Positions 11,403 to 23,975 of a stretch of DNA of 64,000 nucleotides are shown here, one piece after another. Location of the stretch: positions 87,854,001 to 87,918,000 of the forward strand of contig NC_043000.1 in assembly GCF_006345805.1 (NCBI RefSeq), read 5' to 3'. Source of the stretch: Octopus sinensis. Its lineage: Eukaryota. The position numbers and the translations under genes were made by a program. A model generated the notes under the pieces. That model was not told where the DNA came from. It saw nothing but the letters and a program-made list of their open reading frames with translations, and ran no database searches. Position 1 is the first letter of the stretch. Every line of letters begins with the position of its first letter.

Positions 11403-12452
11403 CCAGGGAGAGAAACTAGAAGTAGTTGATAGTTTCCGCTACCTGGGTGACCAAGTTAGTAGCGGAGGTGGATGCACAGAGAGTATCACCACTAGAATAC
11501 GAATAGCCTGGGCAAAGTTCAGAAAGCTCCTACCCCTACTGGCGAAAAGGGTCTCTCCTCAGAGTGAAAGGTAGACTGTATGATGCATGTGTGCGAACTG
11601 CCATGCTTCACGGTAATGAAACATGGGCTATGACTGCAGAGGACATGCGTAGACTTGAAAGAAATGAAGCTAGCATGTTCCGCTGGATGTGTAATGTCAG
11701 TGTGCACGCACGACAGAGTGTAAGCATCCTGAGAGAAATGCTGGATATAAGAAGCATCAGATGTGGTGTGCAAGAGCGACGCTTGCGATGGTATGGTCAT
11801 GTGCTGCGGATGGATGAGGAGAGATGTGTGAAGAAGTGCCACTCCCAAACAGTTGAAGGTATCAGAGGGAGAGGTAGACCCAGGAAGACATGGGATGAGG
11901 CAGTCAAGCTTGACCTCAGAGCGTTGGGCCTCACCGAGGCAATGGCGAAGGACCGAGATCTCTGGAGATATGCTTGACTGCAAAGACCCGGGCTGCTTCC
12001 TGCATAAGTTCCGCATAGCCCCTGCCCATTCAAAGTACCCCGGATCCCAGATCGTCCTGCTGTGCTTGAGGAGACCTGTTGAGTCAAGTACATGAACACT
12101 CCGAACACCCTTCCCCACTGGTGCTCCCCTATATTTCTGCACCCCCCCCACATAAAAAGCACCATCCGAACGTGGCCGATGCCAGCACCGCCCCGACTGG
12201 CTTCTGTGCAGGTGGCACATAAAAAGCACCAACCGACCGTGGCTGATGCCAGACCCCTCTGGCACCTGTGCAGGTGGCACGTAAAAAGCACCCACTACAC
12301 TCGCGGAGTGGTTGGCGTTAGGAAGGGCATCTAGCTGTAGAAACACTGCCAGACCAGACTGGAGCCTGGGGCAGCCCCTGGCTCCCCAGACCCCGGTCGA
12401 AAACGTCCAACCCGTGCTAGCGCGGAAAACGGACGTTAAACGATGATGATGA

Positions 12453-12456
<4 letters not shown>
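11403..12456 (+). pseudogene. Duplicated 3' fragment of the RTE LINE with two 1-bp homopolymer deletions
   Basis: Near-identical to 7113-8179; aaaaagggtctctccctc reads aaaagggtctctcctc at ~11545-11560. Confidence 0.9.
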
Positions 12457-12514
<58 letters not shown>

Positions 12515-12946
12515 TATATATAATATATATACATCTCTAAGTCATTCCTGTTTTTATTCGTTACTGTTTCCAATTTTATCTTCGTCTCTTGTTTTCCTAT
12601 TCGTCTCTGTTGTCACATTCTTTCCTTCTACCAAGGAAATTTAATGCCCATAGCTTAGCTTTTCCTTGGGGCTGGCCGTTTTGGAGCAAATCTCAGAATT
12701 AAACAGCCGAAATTTGCCATGATGAATCGGTTTCTGACTGAAGAATGAAGGCTCTGAATGACTGTCTGTTTTCCGTGTTCATCAATTCGTGAATTTCACG
12801 TTCTTTATATATAAAGTTTTATTCTATATATATACTATATATATATATATATATATATAATTTTAATCCAAACGGAAACAAAAAAACCAACAATGGAACA
12901 ATACAGTATTATTATTAATAGGCGCTCAGGAAAAGGAAGCAGGGAG

Positions 12947-12981
12947 GTATGACGTTTCGAGCGGAGCTCTTCGTCGGAAAC
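12947..12981 (-). ncRNA. Minimal type I hammerhead motif at the Neptune end (U4->C variant)
   Basis: Minus strand GTTT-CCGACGA-A-GAGC(TCC)GCTC-GAAAC-GTC-ATAC; palindromic stem III as in known PLE hammerheads. Confidence 0.65.
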
Positions 12982-13139
12982 ATAAAGAAGGAAGAGAGAG
13001 GAAAGAAAGATCCCAGAGTGGGCAACAGGGAAAGAGAAAAAAGACGACTGGTGTTTACGAGTTGCACATGGTGAAAGGCGGATGTTTACGAAAACAGAGC
13101 AAAGTGGGTTTTAAAGGCAAAAGAGTGGGGACAAGGTTG

Positions 13140-15900
13140 GTAACACAACAGATGTGTGTGTATGTGTGAGTGTGTGCGTGTGCGTGTGTGTATGTGTTGT
13201 GTGAGGCGAGATGAAAAAAAAAAAAATATATATGTGTGTGTTAGTGTGTGCGTCTGTGTGTAGGCGTGTGAGGTAGGGCGAGATAGTGGTCAGCTTAGCA
13301 GACAAAGGTCAGTAGTAAGAAAAAGAAGGAAGGAGGAAGGGAGGGAGGGGAAGGGTGGGGGCGTATGTAGCATGCCAGCGTGTGTTGAGTAGTAGTGTGT
13401 GTGTGTGTCCAGTGTCGTGGTGGTATAAATGGCGAGTAGATTGAATGTGTGTAAGAGTAATGTATATATTTAAGCAATGTGTGTATATGTGTGCGCGTGT
13501 GTGTAACGAAAACGGGGGGGGGGTTAAGGAAAAAGGACTCCAGCTGAGGGGAAGATGGAAGAGTGGTCCCGCGGAGGCGGGCGTGGGAAAACCCAACGAC
13601 ACGCGACGGTCCCAGGAACGGGCGGGAGGTCTTGTCGGTTCCAAGAGCGAGGTGCCTGCGGAGCGTATGCGTACGCGAACCGGCGCAAGCGCGTGCGTGC
13701 GCGAGCCTGCGAGTATGCGCGTAAGTATGTATGTGTGTGGATGTGTGAGTGTGTCTGTGTGTATGTCCGGGTGGCAGTGTGTCCGATGAATGTATGTGAG
13801 TATGTGTGAATGTATGTGTGTGCATAGATGTATGTCCGTGTATGTGTGTGTGTGTGTATGTGTGTGAGTGTGTATGTATGTACGTGTGGGTGTGGGGAAG
13901 TGTGTGTATGTGCATGTGTGTGCGCGTACATACAGGTGTGTGAGTGAGTGTGTGTGTGTGTATGTATGTGTGAGTGTGTATGTATGTGTGTGTAGGATGC
14001 ATGTATGTGTATGGGTGTATGTATGCGTGTGTGTATGTATGTATGTGTACGTGCGTGTGTGTGTGTATGCGTGTAGGTGTGCGCGTGTGCATGCATGCAT
14101 GCATGCATGTGCATATGTGTGTGTGTGTGTGCATGTGTGTGGGTATATATGTATGTGCCTATATGTGTGTGTGTGTGCGTACATGTGTGTGTGTGTATGC
14201 ATGTGTGTGTATGTAGGTGTGTGGGCGCGTGTGTATAGGTGTATGTATGTAAGTATGTTGGGTGTGTCCGTGTATGTGTGTGTATGTATGTGTGTGTATG
14301 TAGGTGTGTGGGCGTGTGTATATGTGTGTGTATGTAGGTGTGTGGGCGTGTGTATAGGTGTATGTGTGTATGTCTGGGTGTGTCCGTGCATGTTTGTGTG
14401 TGTGTGTGTATGCATGTGTATGTAGGTGTGTGTGTACGTGTGTAATGTATGTGTGTATGCGTGTGTATGCGTGCGTGTGTGTATGTAGGTGCGTGTGTAT
14501 GTGTGTGGGAGTGTAGTGTGTGTGTGCGTGTGCGTGTGCGTGTTTATGTTGCTGTGTGCGTATGTGAGTGTGAGTGTATGGGTGTTTGTCATGCATGTGT
14601 GTGCGCATGCAGGTGAGTGTGGTGTGTAAGTATGTGTGTGTGTATGTTTGTGTGAGTGTGTATGTGTGTATGTCTGTGTGTATGTATGTGCGTATAGGAG
14701 TATGTGGGTATGTGTGTGTGTATGTATATGGGTGTATGTATGTATGTGGTGTGTGTGTGCATGTGTATAAGTATATGTGTGTGTGCGTATGTGTGTACAT
14801 GTGTATGTGTGTGTGTTTATGTATGTGTGTATGTATGTGTGTAGGCGTGTGTGTGTAGATGTATGTATGTATGGGTGTGTGTCCGTGTGTGTTTGTGTGT
14901 GTGTGTAGGTAGATGTGTGTGTCTGAGTGAGGGTATGGCTGTTAGGTGTGTGTGTATGAATGTAAGTGTGTGTGTATACAAGTGTAATGTATGTATGTAG
15001 GTGTGTGTGTGTGTGTATGTGTACGTGTGCGTGTGTATGTGTGTGTGTGTATGCGTGTGAGTGTGAGTGTATGGGTGTATGTCTGTGTGTGTGTGTATGT
15101 CTGAAGTAGGTATGTATGTGTATGTATGTATGTGTGTGTGTGTGTGCAGGTATGTGTGTGTATGTGTGTGTGTGAGTAGGTGTGCGTGTATGTATGTGGG
15201 TAGGGATGCATGCGAGTGTGTGGGTATGTATGCATACATACGCACGCGCACATCCGAAGCAAGCCCACACACACGAAGCGCGCCCACGCACACAACGCAC
15301 AAGCAGTACAACGCAAGCCCAAGGGGTCGACCAAGCCCCCAGCGCGTGCCAAAGTGCGCGAGCGCAAAGGCCCTCGAACGCCCCGCTACGCGGGAACCGA
15401 GAATCCATCAACCAAAACCGGAAAGCAGAAAAGAGGGGGGGCTGCCTGGATGCAAAAAGGTGTATGTGTGTGTGCATTCAGTGTAAGGGTGTGCATGTGT
15501 AGGTATGTATGTATGTATATGCCTACATGTATGTTTGCATGTGTGTGTGTGAAGTATGTACGTGCGTGTGTCTGTGTGAGTGTGTGTGTATGTATGTGCG
15601 TATGTATGTGTGTGTGTATGTGTGTATGTATGTCTGTGTGTGTGTGGTGTGTAAGTATGTATGTGTGTGCGTATGTATGTATGTGTGTGTGTATGTGCAT
15701 GTTGGTTTGTATGTTAGTGTGTGTTAGTATGTCTGTAAGTGTGTGTGATTAAATGTGTGAATGTATGTACGTAGATGGGTCTACGTATGTGTGTGTGTGA
15801 ACAGGCGTGTGGGAGGTAGGTGGGTGGGTGTGGGAGGTAGGTGGGTGGGTGTGTGCGTGTGGGAGGTAGGTGGGTGGGTGTGTGTGGGTGGTGTGTCCAC
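13140..15900. repeat. Degenerate (CA/TG)-rich low-complexity array inside the Neptune element, interrupted by two CpG-rich islands
   Basis: Mixed GT/GTAT/GTGC units with local sub-repeats. It is the source of the His/Thr-rich and Val/Cys-rich ORF artefacts. Confidence 0.9.
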
Positions 15901-15927
15901 AAAAAAAAAAAAAAAAAAAAACGGATC

Positions 15928-18290
15928 TCAAGAGGAGGGGGCTGTGTTAAGTCCGTGTGGGGTGGTAGTTTGTAGGGTGAAGATGTAGCGTTGCTCCAAG
16001 TGGAGCCTGGAAAGTGGGCGACCATGGTGGGGGGCGAGACCAAACACTGAGATGTCATCTAGGGAATGGCCGGCCGAGCGGAAGTGGCGTGCGACGGGAG
16101 AAAAGAGTGTAGGCGAACGTCCCTCAAGTGTTCAGTGAAACGGTCGGACAACCGGCGTCCCGTCTGTCCTACATACAGCATCCCGCATAGGTTGCATTTA
16201 ATGCAGTAAATAAGGCCAGACGAGGTGCACGTAAAAGAGTGCCTAATGCGTACAGTGTGCAGGTTGGAGCCAGTGACAGCGGTGGTGTTGGTGATGAAGG
16301 GGCAAGTGTTGCAACGGGATCTAGAGCAAGGGAATGATCCGTGTGGGGCTGAGGGGAAGGAGAGAGGGTGCTGTGGACCAGGAGGTCACGCAGATTGCGG
16401 GCTCGTTTGAAAGAGGACAGGGGTAGGTTAGGGAAAATGGGGCGGGTGGTGGGATCAAGCTGGAGGCGACGGAAGGCACGTAGTATCTTGCGACGAAGGG
16501 GTAGGGTAGAGGGGTGGAAAAGGAGGGGGAATGGTGCGGTTGGGGGGTGGGCGGGGAAGGAGACAGGGCGGTAGTGCGGTCGATGCGACGGGCGCGGGTG
16601 AGGGCATCAGAGAGGAGTATGGGTGGGTAACCTCGGAGTCTGAACATGCGGGCCAGGTATTGAGATTGGGTCTCGAAATCCTGGTCGCGGCTGCACAAAC
16701 GTCGGAGGCGGAGGAACTGGGAGTAGGGGATGGCTCGTTTGGTGTGGAAGGGGTGGGAGGAAGAGAAGTTGAGATAGAGGTGGGAATCCGTAGGTTTAAA
16801 AAAGGCGGTGGTGGTGAGAGAGCTGGAGGGGTGATCGATGCGGAGAGAGATGTCAAGGAAGTTGACAGAGGTGTTGGAGATGGTGGAGGTGAATTGAAGA
16901 GAGGGGTGAAAGTTGGAAAGGAAAGAGATGAATTGGCAGAGAAGTTCGCGGAAAGGGAGGTGGCACCTACGCAGTCGTCAATATAGCGACCGTATAGTTC
17001 GGGGGTCGGCCCAGAGAACTGGGAGAACACTTGGGCCTCAATGTAGCCAAGAAAGAGATTGGCGAAATTGGGGCCCATCCTAGTTCCCATCGCGACCCCG
17101 GACACCTGTTGGTACGTTTCCCCGGCGAACGTGAAGCAATGAGGGTGAGGACGAGCTCAGCCAACCGGAGACGGGTGGGGGTGCTGGGGGTGGGGTCGGG
17201 ACGACGGTCGAGGAAGTGTTGGAGGGCTAGGAGACCGTCATTGTGGGGAATCACTGTGTACAGGGATTTTACATCTAAAGTGAAGAGGAGGTGTGAGGGG
17301 CTGGAAGGGAAGGAAAAGGAATTGAAGAGACGGAGGGCGTGGTTGGTGTCGTGTATTGGGATGGGAGGGCTGCGACTAAGGGGGACAGGATGCGGTCGAG
17401 GTATAGGGAGATGAGTTCAGTGGGGCAATTACAGGCAGAGACTATGGGACGGCCAGGATTAGAGGGTTTATGGATCTTGGGAAGGAAGTAGATGGTGGAG
17501 GTGCGGGGTGTGCGGACGATGAGGTTGGTGGTGGTGAGGGGGAGAGCGGAGGAGGAGATGAGGTCGTGGATGGTGGAGGACACTCGCTGTTGGTAGGAGG
17601 AGGTGGGATCGGAGGGGAGGAGGCGATAGAAGAGTGGATTTTGAAGCTGGTTGAGCGCTTCCTCCCTGTATAGGTCCGCGCGCCACACTACCACTGCCCC
17701 GCCTTTGTCCGCCGGTTTGATGACAATGTCATCACGACGGCGGAGGTGGCGAAGGGCAATGGATTCGGCCCGAGTGAGGTTGGCTCGGCGGGGTCTTGGT
17801 GCAAAGTTGAAACGGTGGACCAAAGCGTTGCAGTCATGTACAAACGAATCTAGGCTACTGAAAAGGCCTGGGGGCGGCGTCCAGATAGATGGACGACGCC
17901 CCAGCTCCAAAAGGCAATCCTGATTGTTGTGACGCTGCGGGACGCGTGGTAGTATGCGCGAAGTTTGAGGCGGCGCAGGAACAGTTTGACGTCCGCCCGA
18001 GTCTCGAACTCATCACAGTGGCGCGTGAGTGGCGTGAAGCGGAGACCCTTACTGAGGAGGGAGCGCTCAGCGGCGGAGAGGGGGAGGTGGGGGGGGTATA
18101 GTGACAACAGCGCGAGGAAGCGGGGTGGTGGGAGGACTAGGGGCAGGCGGAGGGGGTGCAGGGGTGTGAAGGGGAGGGTAGGGGTGGTTGGGTGAAGATG
18201 GGTTAGGCGTAGGAAGGTCACGGTGGGGGGTGTGTGGGTCCGTGGAAGGGTGGGGTAGGTGCGAAGGAGGGATGGAACAGTGGGGGACAT
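15928..18290 (-). pseudogene. Neptune PLE ORF (RT + Zn linker + GIY-YIG endonuclease) split by several frameshifts
   Basis: LLSKGLRFTP, ADKGG, LPKIHK, GRPIVS, LDVKSLYT, GVAMGT, YIDD, RGYP, PCSRSRCNTCPF, LIYCIKC..LYVGQTGRRLSDRFTEH, EQRYI, HGLN; stop at 15928-15930. Confidence 0.9.
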
Positions 18291-18308
18291 ACATATATAT
18301 ATATATAT

Positions 18309-18357
<49 letters not shown>

Positions 18358-21177
18358 ACATAATATAAATTGGACATGGATGATCATTGTATTCTTTCTT
18401 GTCTTGAGGTTCACAGCCAAATGGCTGGGTGGATTTGCATGAAAAATGGCACATATGTGGAGACAGGTGCACAGATTGGAATGCAATTTGTATTTTTTTC
18501 CTAACCACCATACTTACTGAGAAAATCGATTAAAACTTTTCTAATGGAATTTCCCTCTTTCTTCTGCCATTAAAACAACCAGTTGCTTAGAAGCTGTTTT
18601 CTGACAGGTTGGGGTCAGGAAATTTTCATATAGCTGGAGGCTCCAATCGAAACAGGGGACTCAAAATGAACAGGTCACGGTCTCAAAGCAGCGAAAATAT
18701 TTTGAGAAATTAAATTTAAATGTTGAAATGAATCTAACGGTTTTTGTGTGTTTCTTAAATGGCTTATAAACAACTTCCACGCTGCAATTGTTTTTGTTCC
18801 AGCACATGATCTCAGAACAGGTCACTTGCTATGCAAGTACATCTCCATAATAATAAGGTTATTTTATTAAATTCTTAATTATTTTCAAAATTAACTGAAA
18901 CAAAGGTTGTGTATTTCAATAGAAATATGGCAACAAAGGTGTTAATTTTGAAAGATCACACTGGTTTTGTCATACAGTTTATGAAATTGCTATCAGCAAT
19001 GAAATTTCCTTTCACCAGCTTTACAACGCCTTCTTTATTCTTGAAGGTACATTCTAATGATATCTGAAAATACTTCTTCTTTTTCCCTGATTCTGATAAT
19101 TCATGCTACTTCCCACTCAATTCTTCCTACAGCCATAACTCTTTGGAATTTCCTTCTTGCTAACATCTTTCCATGCAGGAAAATAAATTTAATCTAATTA
19201 ATTCCAGCTTGACAAAGCTTAGTGCACATCATCAAATTTACTATCTTTTGTTTGACCATAAAGACAGCAGTTCTTACAGGACTATGAACAATGGTTCTTT
19301 GATAAAGTGTCTATGACAGTGCAGAAATATGTGTCCTACAGTCTAACTGTCATCTATAGCCCAGTGGTATGTTTTCACACACATTATCTATTAGGAGAAT
19401 TTCTCTCTCAATACAATTTCTGCAGAGAAGGTTTTTCTATATTTGAGTGTACACATATGTTATAAATATAATTGTACACACCTATATTTTACCCATTCCA
19501 GTTTTCTGTGTTCCTAATCAATTTTAGCATGACAAAGTTTTGCACACATCAGCAAATATACAACTTTCTATTTGAATATAAGAATTATATGTAGTTCTTA
19601 GTGAGCAACGAATTCAGAGTCTGTAGCTGAGGAGGAATAACAATGCAAAAATACTATATCCTATAGTCTGATGATGTCATTTGTAGTCTAGTGTTGTCAT
19701 TTCACACTCACATAGTCTATAAGGACAATTTCTTTCCTGCAACAGTTTCCACAGTGAAGGTTCTTCCCATGTTTGAATGTACATGAATGTATTAGATATA
19801 ACAATACACACTGTATATTACTGTATATATATATATATTGTGTTTTTCAGTCAAGACAGCTTAGTGTACTTGTCTTTCTATGAATGATAACCATGTAACC
19901 ATGTGGAAAATGAAGGTGAAAATAATCCACTTTTATAGAATAAGTAACAATTTAAACTAGTTACATAATTAAAAAAAAATAAATGTGCCCTTTTAAAGCT
20001 TAGCCAGGCTCATGGGGCTGGTTTCCTGGTTTCTATGGCATTTGTGTTCCCCAGCTGGACAGGACGCCCGTCCATCGCAGTGTTACTCATTTTTGCTAAC
20101 TGAGTGGACTGGAGCAATGTGAAATGAAGTGTTTTGCTCAAGAACACAACGCGTCGCCTGGTCCAGGAATTGAAACCACAATCTTATGATCATGATGCTG
20201 ACACCCTAACCACTAAGCCAAGTGCCTCCACCTTTTAAAATAAATGGGCCCTTTTAAAGCCTAACCATACTCATGGGCCCGCTTTCCCGGTTTCTATGGC
20301 GTATGTGTTCCCCAGCTGGATGGGACAACAGTCCATTGCAACGTTACTCAGTTTTGCCAGCTGAGTGGACTGGAGCAACGTGAAATGAAGGTTTTGCGCA
20401 AGAATACAATGTGTTACACCACATCTTACGATCATGGTGCTGACACACTAACCACTAAGCCACTAACAAAAACTAACCACTAATGAAAACTAAGGGGTGC
20501 CTCACTCTTAGTGGTCTTCCAGCATGCCAGAGACCAACCTGGAATTTCTGAGGGCCCATGCTATTGTTAGATAGTTGCTGAACCTACACTAAGTTCATTC
20601 ATCCTTTTGATACATCTTGTTTTAGTCTTGTTGGGTTTCTAGCAATCCTCCACATGAGGCAAGCCTAGTAGATGTGGTGCAGGTTTAGTTACCAATGACC
20701 TGACCATGCAACAGATTGTACTGGAATCCACATTACCAGTTGCACTCATGAGAGACTTCACATGTGATCAGACACAAAGTTAGGTCGTTTGACAGGATCC
20801 AACAACTCTGAGGACTGCATTCTGCTCTAATGTTTGCTTTGATATGGTTCCTACAGTTAGAAAAGGTACCCTTCTTAATACCAACCACTCTTCAGTGTGT
20901 ACTGGGTGCATTTCTCATGGCACCAGCTCCAATGAGGCCACCATGCAGCTCACAGGACTAAGATCCCCTTCAACTGAGACGAGTTACAATAGCGAGGAAG
21001 TTGGTTTCATGCTAAGAGATAAGGGGCTAAAGTATGAGAAAATAGGTCAGAAGAAAATAGAGTTCTCTCTGTAGAAGAACTACATAGCTACTTATGTTAT
21101 AGAAGAGTGGGTGGAAATAACCAGGGTGGAGATGTAAAGAGACAAAGATAGTGGTCATGAAGTGTCAGTGTGGAGCT

Positions 21178-21405
21178 TTAACCCTTTTGATACCAACCCA
21201 GCTGAAACCAGCTCTGGCTCTGAGTACAAATATCTTGTTTTCAGAAGTTCTGAATTAAAATCTTCCACCAAACCTTAGTCACAATTTACATTCCTAACAC
21301 TTGCTGAATGATAACAAAGTTATTTCACTAAATTCTTTCTTATATTTAAAATAATTTAAAGAAATACAGAGCATCTCAAAATAAATATAGTAACAAAAGG
21401 GTCAA
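21178..21405. mobile_element. piggyBac-like MITE (TTAA-CCCTTTT...AAAAGGG-TYAA)
   Basis: Terminal inverted CCCTTTTG/CAAAAGGG with TTAA/TCAA flanks. Relatives at 26819-26988 and 32454-32661. Confidence 0.65.
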
Positions 21406-22189
21406 GTTACAAAGTGAACAGAAGTGAGTGTGCTCAAAAGAATATGGAGTGAAGGTGAGTAACTGTTTCAAGAGTGTATAGGGAGAATGAAGGTTGGGGG
21501 TGATTATAATCAAGAATAGATTTTGAGGGATGAAAGGTAGAGAAGAAGGGGTTTGATGGGTGGGCTGACAATGCAGGAAAAAAGGCAAAGGTGAAGAGCA
21601 GCAAAATAACAATAATGGTATAGTAATGGACAGGAGAAAGATGAGAGAAGAGAGGGAGGGAAAGAGAGATATAAGATGTGTTGAGGGTGATCAATATAAA
21701 AAGTGGGTGGAGAGGACAAAATGAAGAATGATGCATGGATAATTAGGGAAATGCTTCTGGGTGGTAAGAAAGATAAATGGAGAAACTATGAAAGTAGCGA
21801 AAGGTATTAGCAAAACAAATGATAGACTGTTACAATAGAACATTACACAATAGATTGATGCAATACGTCAAGCTGAAAGAAATACTTTAATTATGAACCA
21901 GCAATGCCAGCTTTGAAGAAGTGATTAATTTGAACTGATGACATTAGCATCATCAGTTAATGTCTACTTTTCCTGGCTTGCATGGGTCAGATAGAATTTT
22001 TTTGAGGCAAATTTCCAATAGCTGTATGACATTTGTATAGCCAACCATTACTTGTTACAAGCAACATAATATTCCATCCTCACCAGACGTTTTGTTCACA
22101 GAAGACTGGAAACAAACAAAATTGCTTGAATGATGATGCATGTGGTGCAACAAGGGTGTGTGTGTATGTATATACAGTCACCATGATAG

Positions 22190-22365
22190 AGCGTTAGCCA
22201 CCATACACATTTTTTTCTCTCCTTGTTTTTTCTGTGTCCCTTTCTGTAGAAGAGCGTAGGCTTGAAATGTAAAAGACTTTATCTATTCCTGAGCGTTATA
22301 CTAATACATCTGTTTGTTTTGTACACCACCTGTCTTCGTCTTTTGTTTTTTTTTGTAAACTCTCC

Positions 22366-22370
<5 letters not shown>
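22190..22370 (+). mobile_element. Short PLE terminal fragment with a degenerate hammerhead (22240-22275), ending in (TA)n
   Basis: CTTT-CTGTAGA-A-GAGC(GTAG)GCTT-GAAATGTA-AAAG; related copy at ~31870-32045. Confidence 0.6.
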
Positions 22371-22409
<39 letters not shown>

Positions 22410-23561
22410 TATATATACATGCACACACACACACAGTGGACTTATATGTGAGATGGGTTTCTTTCAATTTCTGTCTATCAAATCCACTCACAAGGCATTG
22501 GTTGACCTGGGACTTTAGTAGAAGATACTTGTCCTAGGTGCCACACAGCGGGACTGAACTGAAGACCACCTGGTTGAGAAGCAAAGATTTTTAACCACAG
22601 AGCCATGCCAGCACTGATAACGGTACATTACTAATTATTTATCAATACTAAAGAAGGAGTAAGTAAAGTAAACACCAGGATAATTTGAACTGGAAACATA
22701 GTCACCAAGCTAGACGTCAAAATATGTCTGACCATAAAAATCCAAAATGATGAATCAATGCAGGGGATAACTATGTAGCCACTTGATCTTCGTGGTACAG
22801 CAGCTCACTCTGTTTCAATTAAAATTCTAGAAAGAGAATGATGCATTAGATAATGTGATCTTAGGTTCACAGGGACTGTTACAATGGAAAAAGAGGGATG
22901 GTCATAGCTGGAATGTCATTGGCTATAGTTCTCCTCATTCAGTACTGACCTGGGGCTACTCAGTAAAAACAACATTTGTATGCACTTCACAATTCGTTCA
23001 TCTTGATGCTATTGATGTTGATTATGATGACTGATTCAAGTTATGGCACAAAGCCAGCAATTTTGAAGGAGGTGCAAGTCAATTCACTGACAGTGGTACT
23101 TGACGGGTACTTTATTTTTTTTGACCATGAAAGGATGATAAGCAAAGTTGACCTCAATGGGATTAGAACTCAGTATGTGATGAACCAGAAGAAATGTCAC
23201 AAAGCACTTTGTCTAACATACTAACAATTATGCTTGCTCACTACCTTGTTGAGAACAATAATCTTTCTACTAATGGTACAAGGCCTGAAATTTAGGTGGG
23301 GAGAGGGGCACTTGATTACTTCGATACCTGTGTTCAACTGGTACTTAATTTATTGACCCCAGTGCTTAACTTACATTTATTTAATTGACCCTGAAAGGAT
23401 GAAAGGCAAAGTTGACCCCAGCGGAATTTGAACTCAGAACATAAAGGCAGATAAAATGTTGCTAAGCATTTTATCCTGTGTGCTAATGATCCTGTCAGCT
23501 CACCACCTTCTTGTTGATGATGATAATAATGATTAGAAAAATTTTAATACAAAATTTAGAA

Positions 23562-23975
23562 GCAGGAGTGGCCGTGTGGTAAGTAGCTTGCTTACCAACC
23601 ATATGGTTCCGGGTTCATTCCCACTGCAAGGCACCTTGGGCAAGTGTCTTCTGCTATAGCCTTGGGCTGACCAAAGCCTTGAGAGTGGATTTGGTAGATG
23701 GAAACTGAAAGAAGCCCGTCGTATATATGTATATATATATGTGTATGTGTGTATATGTTTGTATATCTGTGTTTGTCCCCCCAACATCACTTGACAACTG
23801 ATGGTGGTGTGTTTATGTCCCTGTAACTTAGCGGTTCGGGAAAAGATACCAATAGTATAAGTACTAGGCTTACAAAGAATAAGTCCCGGGGTAGATTTGC
23901 TCTACTAAAGGCGGTGCTCCAGCATAGCTGCAGTCAAATGACTGAAACAAGTAAAAGAGAAAAATAAAGAGAAAA
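23562..23975 (+). mobile_element. Full-length composite tRNA/CORE-type SINE (head + central TA/TG microsatellite + 3' module + (AAAAGAG)n tail)
   Basis: A/B-box-like head (tggccgtgtgg, ggttcattcc) and CORE-like ggcaccttgggcaagtgtc. Other full copies at 44320-44730(-), 45365-45875(-), 46620-47015(-), 52380-52760(-). Confidence 0.8.

Larger units (their letters stand above)
12859..18291 (-). mobile_element. Neptune-type Penelope-like element (5.4 kb, GC-rich) inserted in (TA)n
   Basis: Absent from the paralogous empty site at 8520-8656. Contains a PLE RT + GIY-YIG ORF, a T-run, a CA-rich arm and a terminal hammerhead motif. Confidence 0.9.
7113..21126. repeat. Tandem segmental duplication: copy 1 = 7113-11402 (4290 bp); copy 2 = 11403-21126, including a 5.4-kb Neptune insertion
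   Basis: 11403-12456 repeats 7113-8179; 12531-12836 repeats 8218-8520; 18357-21126 repeats 8657-11408. CCAGGG occurs at 7113, 11403 and 21121. Confidence 0.93.

Noticed and set aside
13600-13660. Possible HDV-like ribozyme on the minus strand (GGAACCG / CCGTTCC as P1)
   Set aside because: Only 14 nt between the P1 strands, too few for P2+P3+L3, and no convincing P1.1 or J4/2.
13295-15752. Long His/Thr-rich (up to 722 aa) and Val/Cys/Met-rich ORFs
   Set aside because: Translations of stop-poor (CA)n/(TG)n sequence open in several frames on both strands; no start context or domain.
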